Shown: positions 20,005 through 30,180 of the stretch, piece by piece
Layout of the letters: the number at the start of each line of letters is the position of its first letter
Position numbering within the stretch: position 1 is the stretch's first letter
Assembly: GCA_039740835.1 (NCBI GenBank)
Contig: JBCLGW010000001.1
Span: 27,640-91,639 of the forward strand
DNA: 64,000 bases
Reading direction: 5' to 3'
Source of the DNA: Parcubacteria group bacterium
Lineage (GTDB): Bacteria > Patescibacteriota > Minisyncoccia > Phycocordibacterales > CALRHW01
Made by a program: the position numbers and the translations under genes
Notes under the pieces: model-generated
Database searches by the model: none
What the model was told of the DNA's origin: nothing
What the model saw: only the letters and a program-made list of their open reading frames with translations

Positions 20005-21108
20005 ATGAAAGTAGAATGCCTAACAGAAAAATTAAGTAAAAGTATTTTACAAGCAGAAAGAATTGCTGGTAAAACACACTCACTTCCTATTATTAATTGT
20101 GTGTTTATACAAGCTAAGGATAATTCTTTAATAATACGGTCAACAAATCTTGATTTGGGTGTTGAGATAATAATTCCTGTAAAAGTTTTTGAGGAAGGGG
20201 TGGTGGTGGTGCCGGCGCAAATTTTAGGGGTTTTTCTATCTAGTCTTTTAGGTGATAAAACAGTGACACTACACACAGAGGATAATGTTTTATTAGTTTC
20301 ATCTCAAAAAAACTCAACAAAAATAAAAACTCATATAAATGAAGATTTCCCAACAATACCAGTAGTTTCTAAAGAAAAAAGTTTTAATATAAAAGCATTA
20401 GATTTTATAAAAGGTTTGAAGTCTGTGTGGTATAGCTCGTCTGTTTCAAGTATAAAGTCAGAACTAGCTAGTGTTTATGTTTACTATGATGAGGATGATA
20501 ATTTTGTTTTTGTGGCAACAGATTCATTTAGACTTGCGGAGAAAAAAATAAAAGTAAATAAAATAAAAGATTTTGACCATATTTTAATACCATTTAAAAA
20601 TATTCCAGAAATAATAAGGGTTCTTGAGGGGGCAACAAACGACGTGAGTATTTGTTTAGAAAAAAACCAAATATCTTTTAGTTATGAAAATATTTATCTA
20701 ACATCTCGTGTTATTGATGGTGTTTTCCCAGATTACAAACAAATTATTCCAAAAACACAAACAACAGAAGTTGTTATGTTGAAACAAGATTTTATAAATT
20801 CTTTAAAAATCGCAAACATTTTCTCAAATAAATTAAATCAAATAAATATAAAAGCCGTACCTTCTAAGAAAATATTTGAATTACAAACAAAAAACTCGGA
20901 TGTTGGAGAAAATATAAACGAAATAGACGCTATTTTTAGTGGGGAAGACGTAGATATAAACTTTAATTATAAGTATATAGTTGATTGTTTACAGTCTATA
21001 GATTCAGATAGTATCTCTTTAAATTTCAACGGCATAAGTAAACCAATGGTTATTCGTGGTGTTTCTGATAAATCATTTCTTTATCTTGTGATGCCTATGA
21101 ATAAATAG
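20005..21108 (+). CDS. dnaN: DNA polymerase III beta sliding clamp
   Basis: 367 aa, three-domain clamp. N-terminus MKVECLTEKL.. It sits directly after dnaA and oriC. Confidence 0.85.
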   Translation: MKVECLTEKLSKSILQAERIAGKTHSLPIINCVFIQAKDNSLIIRSTNLDLGVEIIIPVKVFEEGVVVVPAQILGVFLSSLLGDKTVTLHTEDNVLLVSSQKNSTKIKTHINEDFPTIPVVSKEKSFNIKALDFIKGLKSVWYSSSVSSIKSELASVYVYYDEDDNFVFVATDSFRLAEKKIKVNKIKDFDHILIPFKNIPEIIRVLEGATNDVSICLEKNQISFSYENIYLTSRVIDGVFPDYKQIIPKTQTTEVVMLKQDFINSLKIANIFSNKLNQINIKAVPSKKIFELQTKNSDVGENINEIDAIFSGEDVDINFNYKYIVDCLQSIDSDSISLNFNGISKPMVIRGVSDKSFLYLVMPMNK

Positions 21109-21112
21109 GTTT

Positions 21113-21367
21113 ATGGAAAATATTTCATCTTTTTTAGAAAAATTTAAGAAATTTCTATCCTCTAGTGTTTCAGTAAAACAATCTGTCGTGGAGGTTTTAA
21201 AAGATGTTTTAGGTGTTGATGTTGATACTAAATCTATCAATATAAAAAATAGTTTTGTTTTTATAAAATGTTCCCCAGCGCTAAAAAACGCAATCTTTTT
21301 AAAAAAGAAATTAATTATTGATGGTATCAACCAAAAAACTAAAGCCAGTATCTCTGATATTCGCTAG
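21113..21367 (+). CDS. Small DUF721/DciA-like protein, a putative replicative-helicase loader
   Basis: 84 aa immediately downstream of dnaN. The C-terminal segment FVFIKCSPALKNAIFLKKKLIIDGINQ resembles the DciA/DUF721 core. This assignment is tentative. Confidence 0.3.
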   Translation: MENISSFLEKFKKFLSSSVSVKQSVVEVLKDVLGVDVDTKSINIKNSFVFIKCSPALKNAIFLKKKLIIDGINQKTKASISDIR

Positions 21368-23898
21368 GGTTGGTTGTTTATTGTAAAAATAGACCTCACC
21401 TCACCTCTATTAAAAATAGAGTCATAGAGCACCACTCGCATCTCGTTTTCACCGTTTTTTATGTATTCCAAATCTTTTGGAATAAAAGAGAAAGAAAAAG
21501 TAGACGACACACTACTTCCAACAAAGTTTTCATTTATATAATACTCAGCTTTTGTGATTGGGTAGTTTGCAGAATATTCAATAGAAGATGTTATTTTTTT
21601 ATCAGACTCGTAAACTTGATTGTTTTGTGGTTCTTCAATAAACACCACCGGTTTGTTTTCTGGTATGTGTACATCGTCGAATTCTGTTGGGATACTACTT
21701 TCATCTACTGGACGGATGTTGTTTTGTATAAGCCATTTTTGTACACCATACTCCCAACTTATAAATTGAGAATCATCCTCAGGTCTTAATGGTGGGTCTT
21801 CTCTCGGACTCTCTTTTTTAATCCAGTATAAAATATCGTGTGTCTCTCCAGTGACTATTTCAGATGTTGTCTCTATTGGTGTGTACTCTGTCGCAAGTTT
21901 TCCTGACACAGTGTCTATAAAATAACTTGTACCACCCTGCCATTTTCCACGAAGCACTGGTTTTAGATTAAAAGAATTTTCTACTTCTGGTTTTTTGAAA
22001 AATTCTTTAGGATAATTTTCCAGAGCTTTTTTCATCACCTGATTCCAAAATGGGGCGATGATATATCCAGCCACTTTTTTATTCATTGGAGTATTATTGT
22101 TGTTTCCAGCCCAAGCACCAATAACAAGACTTGGTGTATAGCCGATTATCCAAGCATCTTTATAGTTGTTGGTGGTACCGGTTTTTACAGCCACATCTCT
22201 GCCGGATATATAGAGTGGTGAATTAACTCCAAAAGTAGGCGCACGTGCATCGTTGTCTGATAGAATGTTTGAAATTTGTAGAGCAATATTTTCTGGTAAA
22301 ACATTTGTTGAGGTGTTTGTTGGTTTTTCTACTACAGTTTCGTTTTTTGTGCGGATCTCAAGTATTGGCTGGTATGGATATCGCATACCGTTGTTTGCAA
22401 AAACACCATAAGCGCTAGTCATATCAAGTAAAGAAACCTCTCCACCTCCCAAAACAAGCGTTAGGCCGTACTGACCGGCATTTGTGAGACTTTGTATACC
22501 CATATCTTTTGCTAGTCGTAGCACATCATTTATGCCCGCTAGATAGAGTGTTTTTACTGCGGGAATGTTTATGGATTGTCCCAAAGCATTTCTAATTGAT
22601 ATTGGTCCACGAAAACTACTGTCGTAATTTGTTGGAGAGTAGCACCCCTCATCACTTGTTTCGTTTTCTGGTGGGCAAGTGGTAGAAAACTGAGTTTTAA
22701 CATCAAAAAGCATTGTGTCTGGCGTATAACCTTTCATAAAAGCTGTTGCGTACGCAAAAGGTTTAAATGCAGACCCTGGCTGTCTTTTTGCTAGAGCGAC
22801 ATTGAAGTTACCGTCTATTTCTTTATCAAAATAATCACGAGAGCCAACCAAAGAAAGTATCTCTCCATTTTTTGGATCAATAGCTACCACCGCAATGTTT
22901 TCTGCTTGGTATTCTTTTGCGTTTTTTAGAGCAAAAATCTTTGCTTGCTTCTCCAACATTTCTTGGAGCTTGTAATCTAGGGTGGTTATTACTTTTAGAC
23001 CACCCTCTTCTAGTACTTGCGCGCCGTATTTTTTCTCAAGCAAGTCTTTTACAAACATTACAAAATGCGGGGCTTTTATGCCGAGACTTTGTTGGTCTTT
23101 AAAAATAACTTTTTCATCTTTTGCTTGGTTGTACTCAACTTCAGAAATATAATTGTTTTTTAACATTTCTTGCAAGACAAGATTTTTTCGGAAATCCAAA
23201 CCCTCGCGATTTTTGTACGGAGAATAAAAACTCGGGGCTTTTGGTAGAGCGGCTAGGTATGCCGACTCTGCGATAGTCACATCAGACGCGCGTTTACCAA
23301 AAAAGGCGTTGCTAGCTTCTTCTATACCATAAAGACTACCCCCATAAGGGATTTCATTTAAATACATTCCCAAAATTTCTTGTTTTGTAAGAATTTTTTC
23401 TAGTTTTATAGCCAACACCCACTCCTTTGCTTTTCTAGTGATACTTTTTTCTCTAGTGAGTAGTGAGTTTTTTACAACCTGCTGGGTGATAGTAGACCCG
23501 CCCTGACTAAACTTCCGGGTTTGGAGGTTTGCAAACGCCGCTCTGATAAGAGAAGACGGTTTTACTCCTTTATGGCTATAAAATTCTTTGTCTTCTATGG
23601 AGATTGTTGCATTTTTTATGTGTTTGGAAATACTATCAAATGGCACAACCGTTCTTTTTATGTTTTGATACACATCGTAGAGTAAAACCTCCCCAGTGCG
23701 GTCATATATTTTTGTAGATTGAGAAACCTTTCTTTCCTGAAATGAGTCTAGGGTGGGGAGTTGAAATGTTGAAATCCAAAAAATAAAACCAGAAACAAAC
23801 AAAAGGAATGCCCCAACGCTAAAAAGGAAGATGTTTTTTAAACCAGTTTTTCTCGACCATTTTTTAATAAATGAAATACGTTTTTTCATAATGTCCAT
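21364..23898 (-). CDS. Class A penicillin-binding protein (bifunctional transglycosylase/transpeptidase, PBP1A-type) with a C-terminal extension
   Basis: N-terminal transmembrane segment. GT51 motifs IEDKEFYSHKG and RQPGSAFKP. Transpeptidase SxxK (GSAFK), SxN and KTG motifs. 844 aa. Confidence 0.85.
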   Translation of the reverse strand: MDIMKKRISFIKKWSRKTGLKNIFLFSVGAFLLFVSGFIFWISTFQLPTLDSFQERKVSQSTKIYDRTGEVLLYDVYQNIKRTVVPFDSISKHIKNATISIEDKEFYSHKGVKPSSLIRAAFANLQTRKFSQGGSTITQQVVKNSLLTREKSITRKAKEWVLAIKLEKILTKQEILGMYLNEIPYGGSLYGIEEASNAFFGKRASDVTIAESAYLAALPKAPSFYSPYKNREGLDFRKNLVLQEMLKNNYISEVEYNQAKDEKVIFKDQQSLGIKAPHFVMFVKDLLEKKYGAQVLEEGGLKVITTLDYKLQEMLEKQAKIFALKNAKEYQAENIAVVAIDPKNGEILSLVGSRDYFDKEIDGNFNVALAKRQPGSAFKPFAYATAFMKGYTPDTMLFDVKTQFSTTCPPENETSDEGCYSPTNYDSSFRGPISIRNALGQSINIPAVKTLYLAGINDVLRLAKDMGIQSLTNAGQYGLTLVLGGGEVSLLDMTSAYGVFANNGMRYPYQPILEIRTKNETVVEKPTNTSTNVLPENIALQISNILSDNDARAPTFGVNSPLYISGRDVAVKTGTTNNYKDAWIIGYTPSLVIGAWAGNNNNTPMNKKVAGYIIAPFWNQVMKKALENYPKEFFKKPEVENSFNLKPVLRGKWQGGTSYFIDTVSGKLATEYTPIETTSEIVTGETHDILYWIKKESPREDPPLRPEDDSQFISWEYGVQKWLIQNNIRPVDESSIPTEFDDVHIPENKPVVFIEEPQNNQVYESDKKITSSIEYSANYPITKAEYYINENFVGSSVSSTFSFSFIPKDLEYIKNGENEMRVVLYDSIFNRGEVRSIFTINNQP

Positions 23899-23923
23899 TT
23901 TATCATATTGGGGGCTACATTAT

Positions 23924-25187
23924 ATGAATACCAAAAACAATGCAAATATGATACATTTACGGAATATGAAGAACCCGTTTAAGAAATCTTTTGTGAGTGT
24001 GGATAAGGATAAAATCAACGAAATTCTCAATCGTGGCGTTGAAGATGTTTTTGTAAAAGAGAGCTTGGAAAACAAGCTTCTTTCTGGGAGGTCACTGCGA
24101 GTAAAACTCGGCTTTGATCCTACTGGAGAAAATATTCACATAGGTAGAGCAGTAGCGCTCCGCAAACTCCGCGCTTTCCAAGACCTCGGGCACACCATTG
24201 TATTTATTGCCGGTGATTTTACCGCACAAATAGGAGACCCCTCAGACAAGCTAGCCAAACGCCCAATGATTTCAAAAGAAGTTATCAAAAAAAATCTCAC
24301 CCACTACAAAACACAGATCGGCAAAATAATAGATTTGAAAAAAGCTGAGTTTCATTACAACAGCAAGTGGCTTTCAAAACTCAACTTTCAAGAAATATCA
24401 GAGCTTGCTGAAAGTTTTTCTGTCCAGCAAATGTCGGCGCGACGCAATTTTAAAGACCGGTTTGAGGGGGGGGGAGGAAGTGTCTTTGCGAGAGTTTTTG
24501 TACCCACTGATGCAGGGCTACGACTCTGTGATGGTAAAAGCCGATGTTGAGATTGGTGGTTTTGATCAGCTTTTCAATCTAAAAGCTGGGCGCATCATTC
24601 AAAAACATTTTAAAATGCCTGAGCAAGACGTACTCACTACGCAAATGCTCGAAGGCACCGACGGCAGAAAAATGTCTACTAGCTGGGGTAATGTGATAAA
24701 TATTGTTGATGAACCAAATGATATGTTTGGGAAAATTATGTCTATCAGAGACAACCTTATTTCAAAATATTTTTTGCTTTGTACAAATAAGCCAGAAGCA
24801 GAAATAAATGCATTAGAGAAAGCTTTTGAAATGGGCTCAAATCCTCGTGATGCAAAAATGAAACTCGCTGTAGCGATAGTATCTTCTTACTACGGAGAAA
24901 AAACGGCACTCAAAGCAAGGCAATCTTTTGTAGATACTTTTCAAAAAGGAGCTGTGCCCGAGGACGTGCTTACTATAAGTCTTGCACCAAACGCCGTGCT
25001 TGTCGACGCGCTTTTATCAAACGGTATTGTAAAATCAAAATCAGATTTTCGCCGTCTTATAGAAGATGGTGCTGTGCAAAATATGGATGATGGTACAAAG
25101 ATTTCTGACCCACTCTTTGTTGTTTGGAAGGACGCAGTGATAAAGGTGGGCAAGCGTCGGTTTATAAAAATTAAAATAGAGTCATAA
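23924..25187 (+). CDS. tyrS: Tyrosine--tRNA ligase, disrupted by a +1 frameshift in a 9-G homopolymer at 24466-24474
   Basis: Class I HIGH-type motif GFDPTGENIHIGRAV. The KMSKS-type motif is KMSTS. The C-terminal S4 domain is present. The reading frame switches between ORF 23831-24550 and ORF 24405-25187 exactly at the G run. With 8 G the product would read ...DRFEGGEEVSLREFLYPLMQGYD, matching the TyrRS consensus. Confidence 0.7.
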
Positions 25188-25189
25188 AC

Positions 25190-25216
25190 AAAAAAGGACC
25201 CGAGGGTCCTTTTTTG
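25190..25216. terminator. Bidirectional rho-independent terminator
   Basis: Hairpin GGACCCGAGGGTCC flanked by an A run and a T run (AAAAAAGGACCCGAGGGTCCTTTTTT). Confidence 0.6.
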
Positions 25217-25360
25217 TTACGCTGAGTCGCTGTCACTACTGCTGTCACTATCTGAATCATCCTCCTCCTCTTCTTCATCCTCTTCGCTATCTGGTGAGCT
25301 TGGACTTACTTCAGTAGTTTCTTTATCATCTGCAGACACATTTGCATCATCATTGTCCAT
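25217..25360 (-). CDS. Small (47 aa) highly acidic Ser/Asp/Glu-rich hypothetical protein
   Basis: Manual translation gives MDNDDANVSADDKETTEVSPSSPDSEEDEEEEEDDSDSDSSSDSDSA. It lies downstream of ruvC on the same strand and is followed by a terminator. It could be non-coding. Confidence 0.25.
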   Translation of the reverse strand: MDNDDANVSADDKETTEVSPSSPDSEEDEEEEEDDSDSDSSSDSDSA

Positions 25361-25487
25361 GTTTGCTTTAAATTATTTTTATTAATTTTTCCACAAAATC
25401 GCTCTTGGCTAATTGTGGATACCTATTTTTAACAAATCTATATTTTTTTGCAAGAGGTTTATAGAAAGTTGGGGATAACTCATTTTT

Positions 25488-26012
25488 TTAGAGAGGGAAT
25501 CTTTTTGTTGCAGTGTGGGTTAATGCTATAGCAATAGCGTCAAATTCATCGTCTACTGTTTTTTTAATAGGCATTTTAATGAGTCTTTGTACCATTTTTG
25601 TCACCTGATCTTTGGTGCTTCTGCCGTATCCAGTAACCGCCACCTTTATTGTAACGGGTTTGTATTCGTAGACAGAAAGTCCAGCTAGGGCGGACTCTGC
25701 AAGTATTACTCCGCGGGCCTCAGCCACCTTTATTGCTGTTTTTTTGTTGTCACCAAAAAAAAGTTCTTCTATTGCTAGGTCGTTGGGTTTAAATTTTTCT
25801 ATAATTTTTTTTATTTCGGTCGCAATGAGCCCCAGTCGCTCCGCATGCTTTGATTTTGGAGATGTTTTAAAACAAGCGGAGTAGATGAGTGTTTCTTTTT
25901 CTCCACCTACCTTTTCAACAACAGCAATACCCACTCGCTCATAACCAGGATCTATGCCGAGCACGAGAATATTTTTTTTATTCTGCATTTGTATAAATGT
26001 CTTGAACCTCAT
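25488..26012 (-). CDS. ruvC: Holliday junction resolvase RuvC
   Basis: N-terminus ILVLGIDPGYERVGIAVVE, which is the RuvC catalytic-Asp motif. 174 aa. Confidence 0.85.
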   Translation of the reverse strand: MRFKTFIQMQNKKNILVLGIDPGYERVGIAVVEKVGGEKETLIYSACFKTSPKSKHAERLGLIATEIKKIIEKFKPNDLAIEELFFGDNKKTAIKVAEARGVILAESALAGLSVYEYKPVTIKVAVTGYGRSTKDQVTKMVQRLIKMPIKKTVDDEFDAIAIALTHTATKRFPL

Positions 26013-26505
26013 CGCTTTCTTCGAGTTCAGAAATTAGTGCCCCAAGCGTTTGAGAATCTTCTTCTGATATCGGTGTTGTTGTTTTTGGTACCCAACCACC
26101 AATGTTTTTTTCAAAAGCCCAAGTAGCCGAGCCCATACCAGCCAAAGCGAAACCGTGGTTTGAAAGTATGTGTTTTATTTCTTGTGCCGCTTTGTTGCGA
26201 TTGTCGGTAAGTGCTTCGATGACGAGCGCACAACCTCCCGGACCATAGCTTTCATAGGTAATAGATTCTAAATCTGCAGACAAAGTCGCCGCTTTTTTTA
26301 TTGCTCTTTCAATGTTGTCGCTCGGCATATTTTCTGCGCGAGCTTTTTCTATCGCAGATTTTAGTCCGGGCGTGTTTACATTTCCACCAGATTTTTTTGC
26401 TTCTTGAGTAATGAGTTTTGCATATTTTGCAAAAACTTTACTTTTTTGCCCGTCAGTTTTTGCTTTCTGTCTTTTGATTTGTGACCACTTATTATGTCCA
26501 GACAT
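25978..26505 (-). CDS. yebC: YebC/PmpR-family transcriptional regulator, short
   Basis: N-terminus MSGHNKWSQIKRQKAKTDGQKSKVFAKYAK is the YebC signature. Ordered yebC, ruvC as in many bacteria. Confidence 0.8.
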   Translation of the reverse strand: MSGHNKWSQIKRQKAKTDGQKSKVFAKYAKLITQEAKKSGGNVNTPGLKSAIEKARAENMPSDNIERAIKKAATLSADLESITYESYGPGGCALVIEALTDNRNKAAQEIKHILSNHGFALAGMGSATWAFEKNIGGWVPKTTTPISEEDSQTLGALISELEESDEVQDIYTNAE

Positions 26506-26516
26506 ATTTTTTTATT

Positions 26517-27557
26517 TTAAAGTAATTTTCCTGTTTTCCCGTCGCTTTTTACTGCGTTTATGTGAGCATGCCCAGCATCAGTGACGACTCTGCCACGAGG
26601 CGTGCGTTCTAAAAAGCCGATTTGTAGCAGGTAGGGCTCATTAAACTCTTCTATTGTCGCTTGTTCTTCGGACAGAGATGCGGCAAGGGTGTTTAGACCC
26701 ACAGGCCCACCTTTAAATTTTTTTACTACAGTTTGCAGAATAGTCCTGTCAGATGGTGTCAGTCCAACACCGTCTACACCGAGCAATAAAAGCGCTTTGT
26801 CCACCACATTTTTTGTTAGAGTTTTTCCGTGCACTTGAGCAAAGTCTCTACATCTTTTCAAAAAATAGTTGGCGGTACGCGGAGTAAATCTACTGCGCTT
26901 TGCTATCTCTGTGGTCGCCGAGCTTTCTATAACAATGCCTAAAATTTTTGCAGAGCGTCGTACGATTTCTTCTATTTCACTTTGACTATAGTACTCAAGT
27001 CGAAATATTCCGCCAGAAAAACGTGAACGAAGCGGAGAGGAAATGAGGGCAATACGAGTAGTCGCAGATATCATTGTAAAAAGCGGAAGCTCTAGCTGAA
27101 TAGTGCGCGCTGACGGACCTTTGCCGATGATTATATCTAAAACACCAGACTCCATTGCGGGGTAGAGTACTTCTTCTATTGTTTTATTGAGGCGATGAAT
27201 TTCGTCTATAAAAAGAATGTCGCCAGCAGAAAGATTGGTGAGGATGGAGGCAAGGTCGCCCACCTTTTCAATAGCTGGACCAGAAGTTATTTTTATCTGC
27301 GCGCCGATTTCTTTTGCGATGAGATGGGCGAGTGTTGTTTTACCAAGTCCGGGCGGTCCGTAAAAAAGAATGTGCTCTGGCGGATGATTTCTCTGTTTTG
27401 CCGCGGTTAAAAGTATGTGCAGATTATCTTTTATATTTTTTTGACCAATGTACTCGTTCCATTTTGATGGCCTGAGAGTTTGGTCTAGTGAAAGCAAGTC
27501 TTTTTCTGACTCCTCTACATCCGAAGCGTTGTTTTTTTGCTTATCTATCTTTGACAT
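26517..27557 (-). CDS. ruvB: Holliday junction branch-migration ATPase RuvB
   Basis: AAA+ Walker A motif GPPGLGKTTLA. Walker B DILFIDEIHRL. A C-terminal winged-helix domain is present. Confidence 0.9.
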   Translation of the reverse strand: MSKIDKQKNNASDVEESEKDLLSLDQTLRPSKWNEYIGQKNIKDNLHILLTAAKQRNHPPEHILFYGPPGLGKTTLAHLIAKEIGAQIKITSGPAIEKVGDLASILTNLSAGDILFIDEIHRLNKTIEEVLYPAMESGVLDIIIGKGPSARTIQLELPLFTMISATTRIALISSPLRSRFSGGIFRLEYYSQSEIEEIVRRSAKILGIVIESSATTEIAKRSRFTPRTANYFLKRCRDFAQVHGKTLTKNVVDKALLLLGVDGVGLTPSDRTILQTVVKKFKGGPVGLNTLAASLSEEQATIEEFNEPYLLQIGFLERTPRGRVVTDAGHAHINAVKSDGKTGKLL

Positions 27558-27955
27558 ATAGGTATTATATACAAAAATAGGGGACGCTCACACCCACTTG
27601 ACAGCGGTGTTTTTATATGATAAACTTTTGGAGACCTTGATTTTTATTACGCAATGCGTAGTATATGTAGCTTCCGGCAATTTCTTGCTCATCCAAGATA
27701 TAAATCTCTAAGCAACGAAGCCTTTATGGCTTAGTAGTATCTATTTAGAGGACGTTCTGGTTATCACCTTGTGTGATTTGCTGGGGTTATCCTTTGATAA
27801 GTACTTAACTTTTGGTGCAATATTAAAAGTGTTGCTTAGAGATTTATGTCTTTGATCCTTCGCGGACCCAATCTCTCTTGTGTCAATTATTCACAATAAA
27901 AGCCGGCGTGCAATATTGTAAATTTTTTAAATTGTTTCTTAATGTAACAGAGTCT

Positions 27956-29653
27956 TTACATGTCTTCATCTAGGTCAAGAACACGCTTCAACTCTTCTAT
28001 AGACGTCATTCCTTGGAGAACCTTTAGGATTCCGTCTTGTTTCATATCAAGCATATGTTGCGGCTCGGCCGCTTTTTTTATTTCTCGTTCGCTTGGATTT
28101 TCTTGAACAATTTTTTCTATATTTGCATCTGTTTTTATCGCTTCATACACTCCAATGCGTCCTTTGTAGCCAGTAAAGTTACATTTCAAACACCCTTTTG
28201 CTTCCCACATTGTGTTTATATCTATGCCGTCTAGATATGTTTTGTCTACAATACCACCAGTAATTTTTACGACATATTTTTTTTCTTGCTCCGTTTGTTC
28301 TTTTTTTGTTTTGCAGTCATTACAAAGTTTACGAATGAGACGTTGTGCTATACAAATACTGAGAGCAGAAACTATCACTTTTGGATTTACACCAAGGTCT
28401 ATGAGGCGAGGGAAGGTACCAGCTGCATTATTGGTGTGTAGAGTAGAGAACACCAAATGACCTGTGAGCGCAGAGTTTATCGCGATTTCTGCTGTTTCAC
28501 TATCGCGGATTTCTCCCACCATTATGACGTCTGGATCTTGTCGCAGAGCGGAGCGCAGACCTTCTAGAAAAGTATAACCCTCATTAGTTTGTGTTTGCAC
28601 GATGCCTGGTAAATGATATTCAATAGGATTTTCAATAGTAATTATTTTTATTTCTGATGAATGAATTTTTTTCAGGAAAGCATAAAGAGTGGTGGTTTTT
28701 CCAGAGCCAGTCGGACCAGTGGTAAGTATCATTCCGTTTGGTTTTTGTAGCTCATGCTCTAGTACTTTTAGTAGTCGTGGGTGGATACCGAGCTCTTCTA
28801 GGGGCACAGATATGGCTTTTGGGTTGAGAACTCGAAGCACCAGAGAGTCGTTGTAAGCTCCGGGCAAAAGAGAAGTACGGATTTCTATTTCGTCGTCATT
28901 TATTTTTATACTAAAACGTCCGTCTTGTGCCTTTCCTTTTATATTTAGTTTTAAATTTGAAAGAAGCTTGAGGCGAGAAAGTAAAAGACGGTATGTTTCG
29001 TGGTCAAATTTCAAAATATCTGTCAGCACACCGTCGAGTCGATACCGTAAACGCACATAGCCCTCTTCTGGCTCTAGATGAAGATCAGAAGCTCTGTTGG
29101 CCAGTGCTCCAGCAAGCATTGTTTCAAGTAGGTGAGATATGCGATATGTTTTTTTTGAGGTCAGGACCTCCGCAAGTATTTTTTTTAACTCTTCTAGTGT
29201 TGAAACTTTTTCTAAAAGCTCAACGATACCATCACTTGAAATATCAAGTGCGCCACCCTTTGTTTCCATAGACATTGAAAGGTCTTTGTATCGCCCCCAA
29301 ACTTTTTTTAGACTTTCTGGTGAGACGAGGTAGAGGATTGGCGAGTAGCCTCTTTTTTCCAAGCTGGCGAGAGCGTCTTTTGTTTCTTGTGTTGAAGGAG
29401 AGAGGAGTCCGATGTGGATTTTTTTATCTACGATATTAAATATAGCTATTTGTGCTTTTAGGGCGTCTTCTTCTTTTATCACGCGCAAAGCATCTATGTT
29501 TATAGGTATGGTGGATAAATCAAGATATGGAATGCCATATTTTTTTGAAAGTGCTAGTGTCAGACCTTCTGCCTCTTTTCTTTTTAGCTCTTCTACGCGG
29601 GCGTTTTGTTTTTCTTCGTCAAATTGAACCATAGATAGATTATATACTATCAT
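27956..29653 (-). CDS. pilB: Type IV pilus assembly / type II secretion ATPase, PilB/GspE family
   Basis: Walker A motif GPTGSGKTTT. Asp and His boxes. Tetracysteine motif CNDCK...C. N-terminal GSPII-type domain. 565 aa. Confidence 0.8.
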   Translation of the reverse strand: MIVYNLSMVQFDEEKQNARVEELKRKEAEGLTLALSKKYGIPYLDLSTIPINIDALRVIKEEDALKAQIAIFNIVDKKIHIGLLSPSTQETKDALASLEKRGYSPILYLVSPESLKKVWGRYKDLSMSMETKGGALDISSDGIVELLEKVSTLEELKKILAEVLTSKKTYRISHLLETMLAGALANRASDLHLEPEEGYVRLRYRLDGVLTDILKFDHETYRLLLSRLKLLSNLKLNIKGKAQDGRFSIKINDDEIEIRTSLLPGAYNDSLVLRVLNPKAISVPLEELGIHPRLLKVLEHELQKPNGMILTTGPTGSGKTTTLYAFLKKIHSSEIKIITIENPIEYHLPGIVQTQTNEGYTFLEGLRSALRQDPDVIMVGEIRDSETAEIAINSALTGHLVFSTLHTNNAAGTFPRLIDLGVNPKVIVSALSICIAQRLIRKLCNDCKTKKEQTEQEKKYVVKITGGIVDKTYLDGIDINTMWEAKGCLKCNFTGYKGRIGVYEAIKTDANIEKIVQENPSEREIKKAAEPQHMLDMKQDGILKVLQGMTSIEELKRVLDLDEDM

Positions 29654-29798
29654 TTATAGCTTTTTTCTGACAATTTTAGGGGTAAAAATGAGGTTGACTT
29701 TGCGTGCCCGTTGTGATACAGTGGTAGTGAACAGAACGGGTGAGGGAGTGTTTCCCAAAACCTTTACAGATAGTTCGGAAAACCTATTTTAGGGCCAA

Positions 29799-30110
29799 GT
29801 GCCCGAGGAGCCAGTCATGACGGAGAAGAATAAGTTCTTTGTAAAGAAAGTGTTGTTTGCTGGTTTGTTGGTTCTTGTGGCGGTTTTTGTTTTTGCTAAT
29901 CTGGTGGGGTGCGGCCCAATGAGATTTTATGCTGTTTCAACGGAACAGTACTATCCGCCCGTCCACTACGAAGGTTGGGATACTCATACGAGTATCAACC
30001 TCCATGGTTACCCAGGTGGCGTTCATACCTCTACACACACTGTGTATAGAGAGACTCACCGCCATCATCAAAGCCGTTTTGGGGCCAAACCCGATCGACA
30101 CTGTCGTTGA
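29799..30110 (+). CDS. Small His-rich lipoprotein, hypothetical
   Basis: Signal peptide with lipobox LVGC. The mature part is His-rich (HTSINLHGYPGGVHTSTHTVYRETHRHH). It lies in a locally GC-rich segment of about 50% GC. The start may be the Met at 29817. Confidence 0.35.
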   Translation: MPEEPVMTEKNKFFVKKVLFAGLLVLVAVFVFANLVGCGPMRFYAVSTEQYYPPVHYEGWDTHTSINLHGYPGGVHTSTHTVYRETHRHHQSRFGAKPDRHCR

Positions 30111-30180
30111 GACAACAACAAACCCCACCCAGCTCCAGACGGATACTGAGTGGACAAGACAGAGAGGAAAGACTCTCATA

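Noticed and set aside
27558-27955. tmRNA or RNase P RNA in the ruvB-pilB gap
   Set aside because: None of the conserved tmRNA termini (GGGG...UUCGAC / ...CUCCACCA) or the RNase P P4/CR-I-V motifs (GAAAGUCCGG, AGGGUGAAANGGUGCGGUAAG) were found on either strand.
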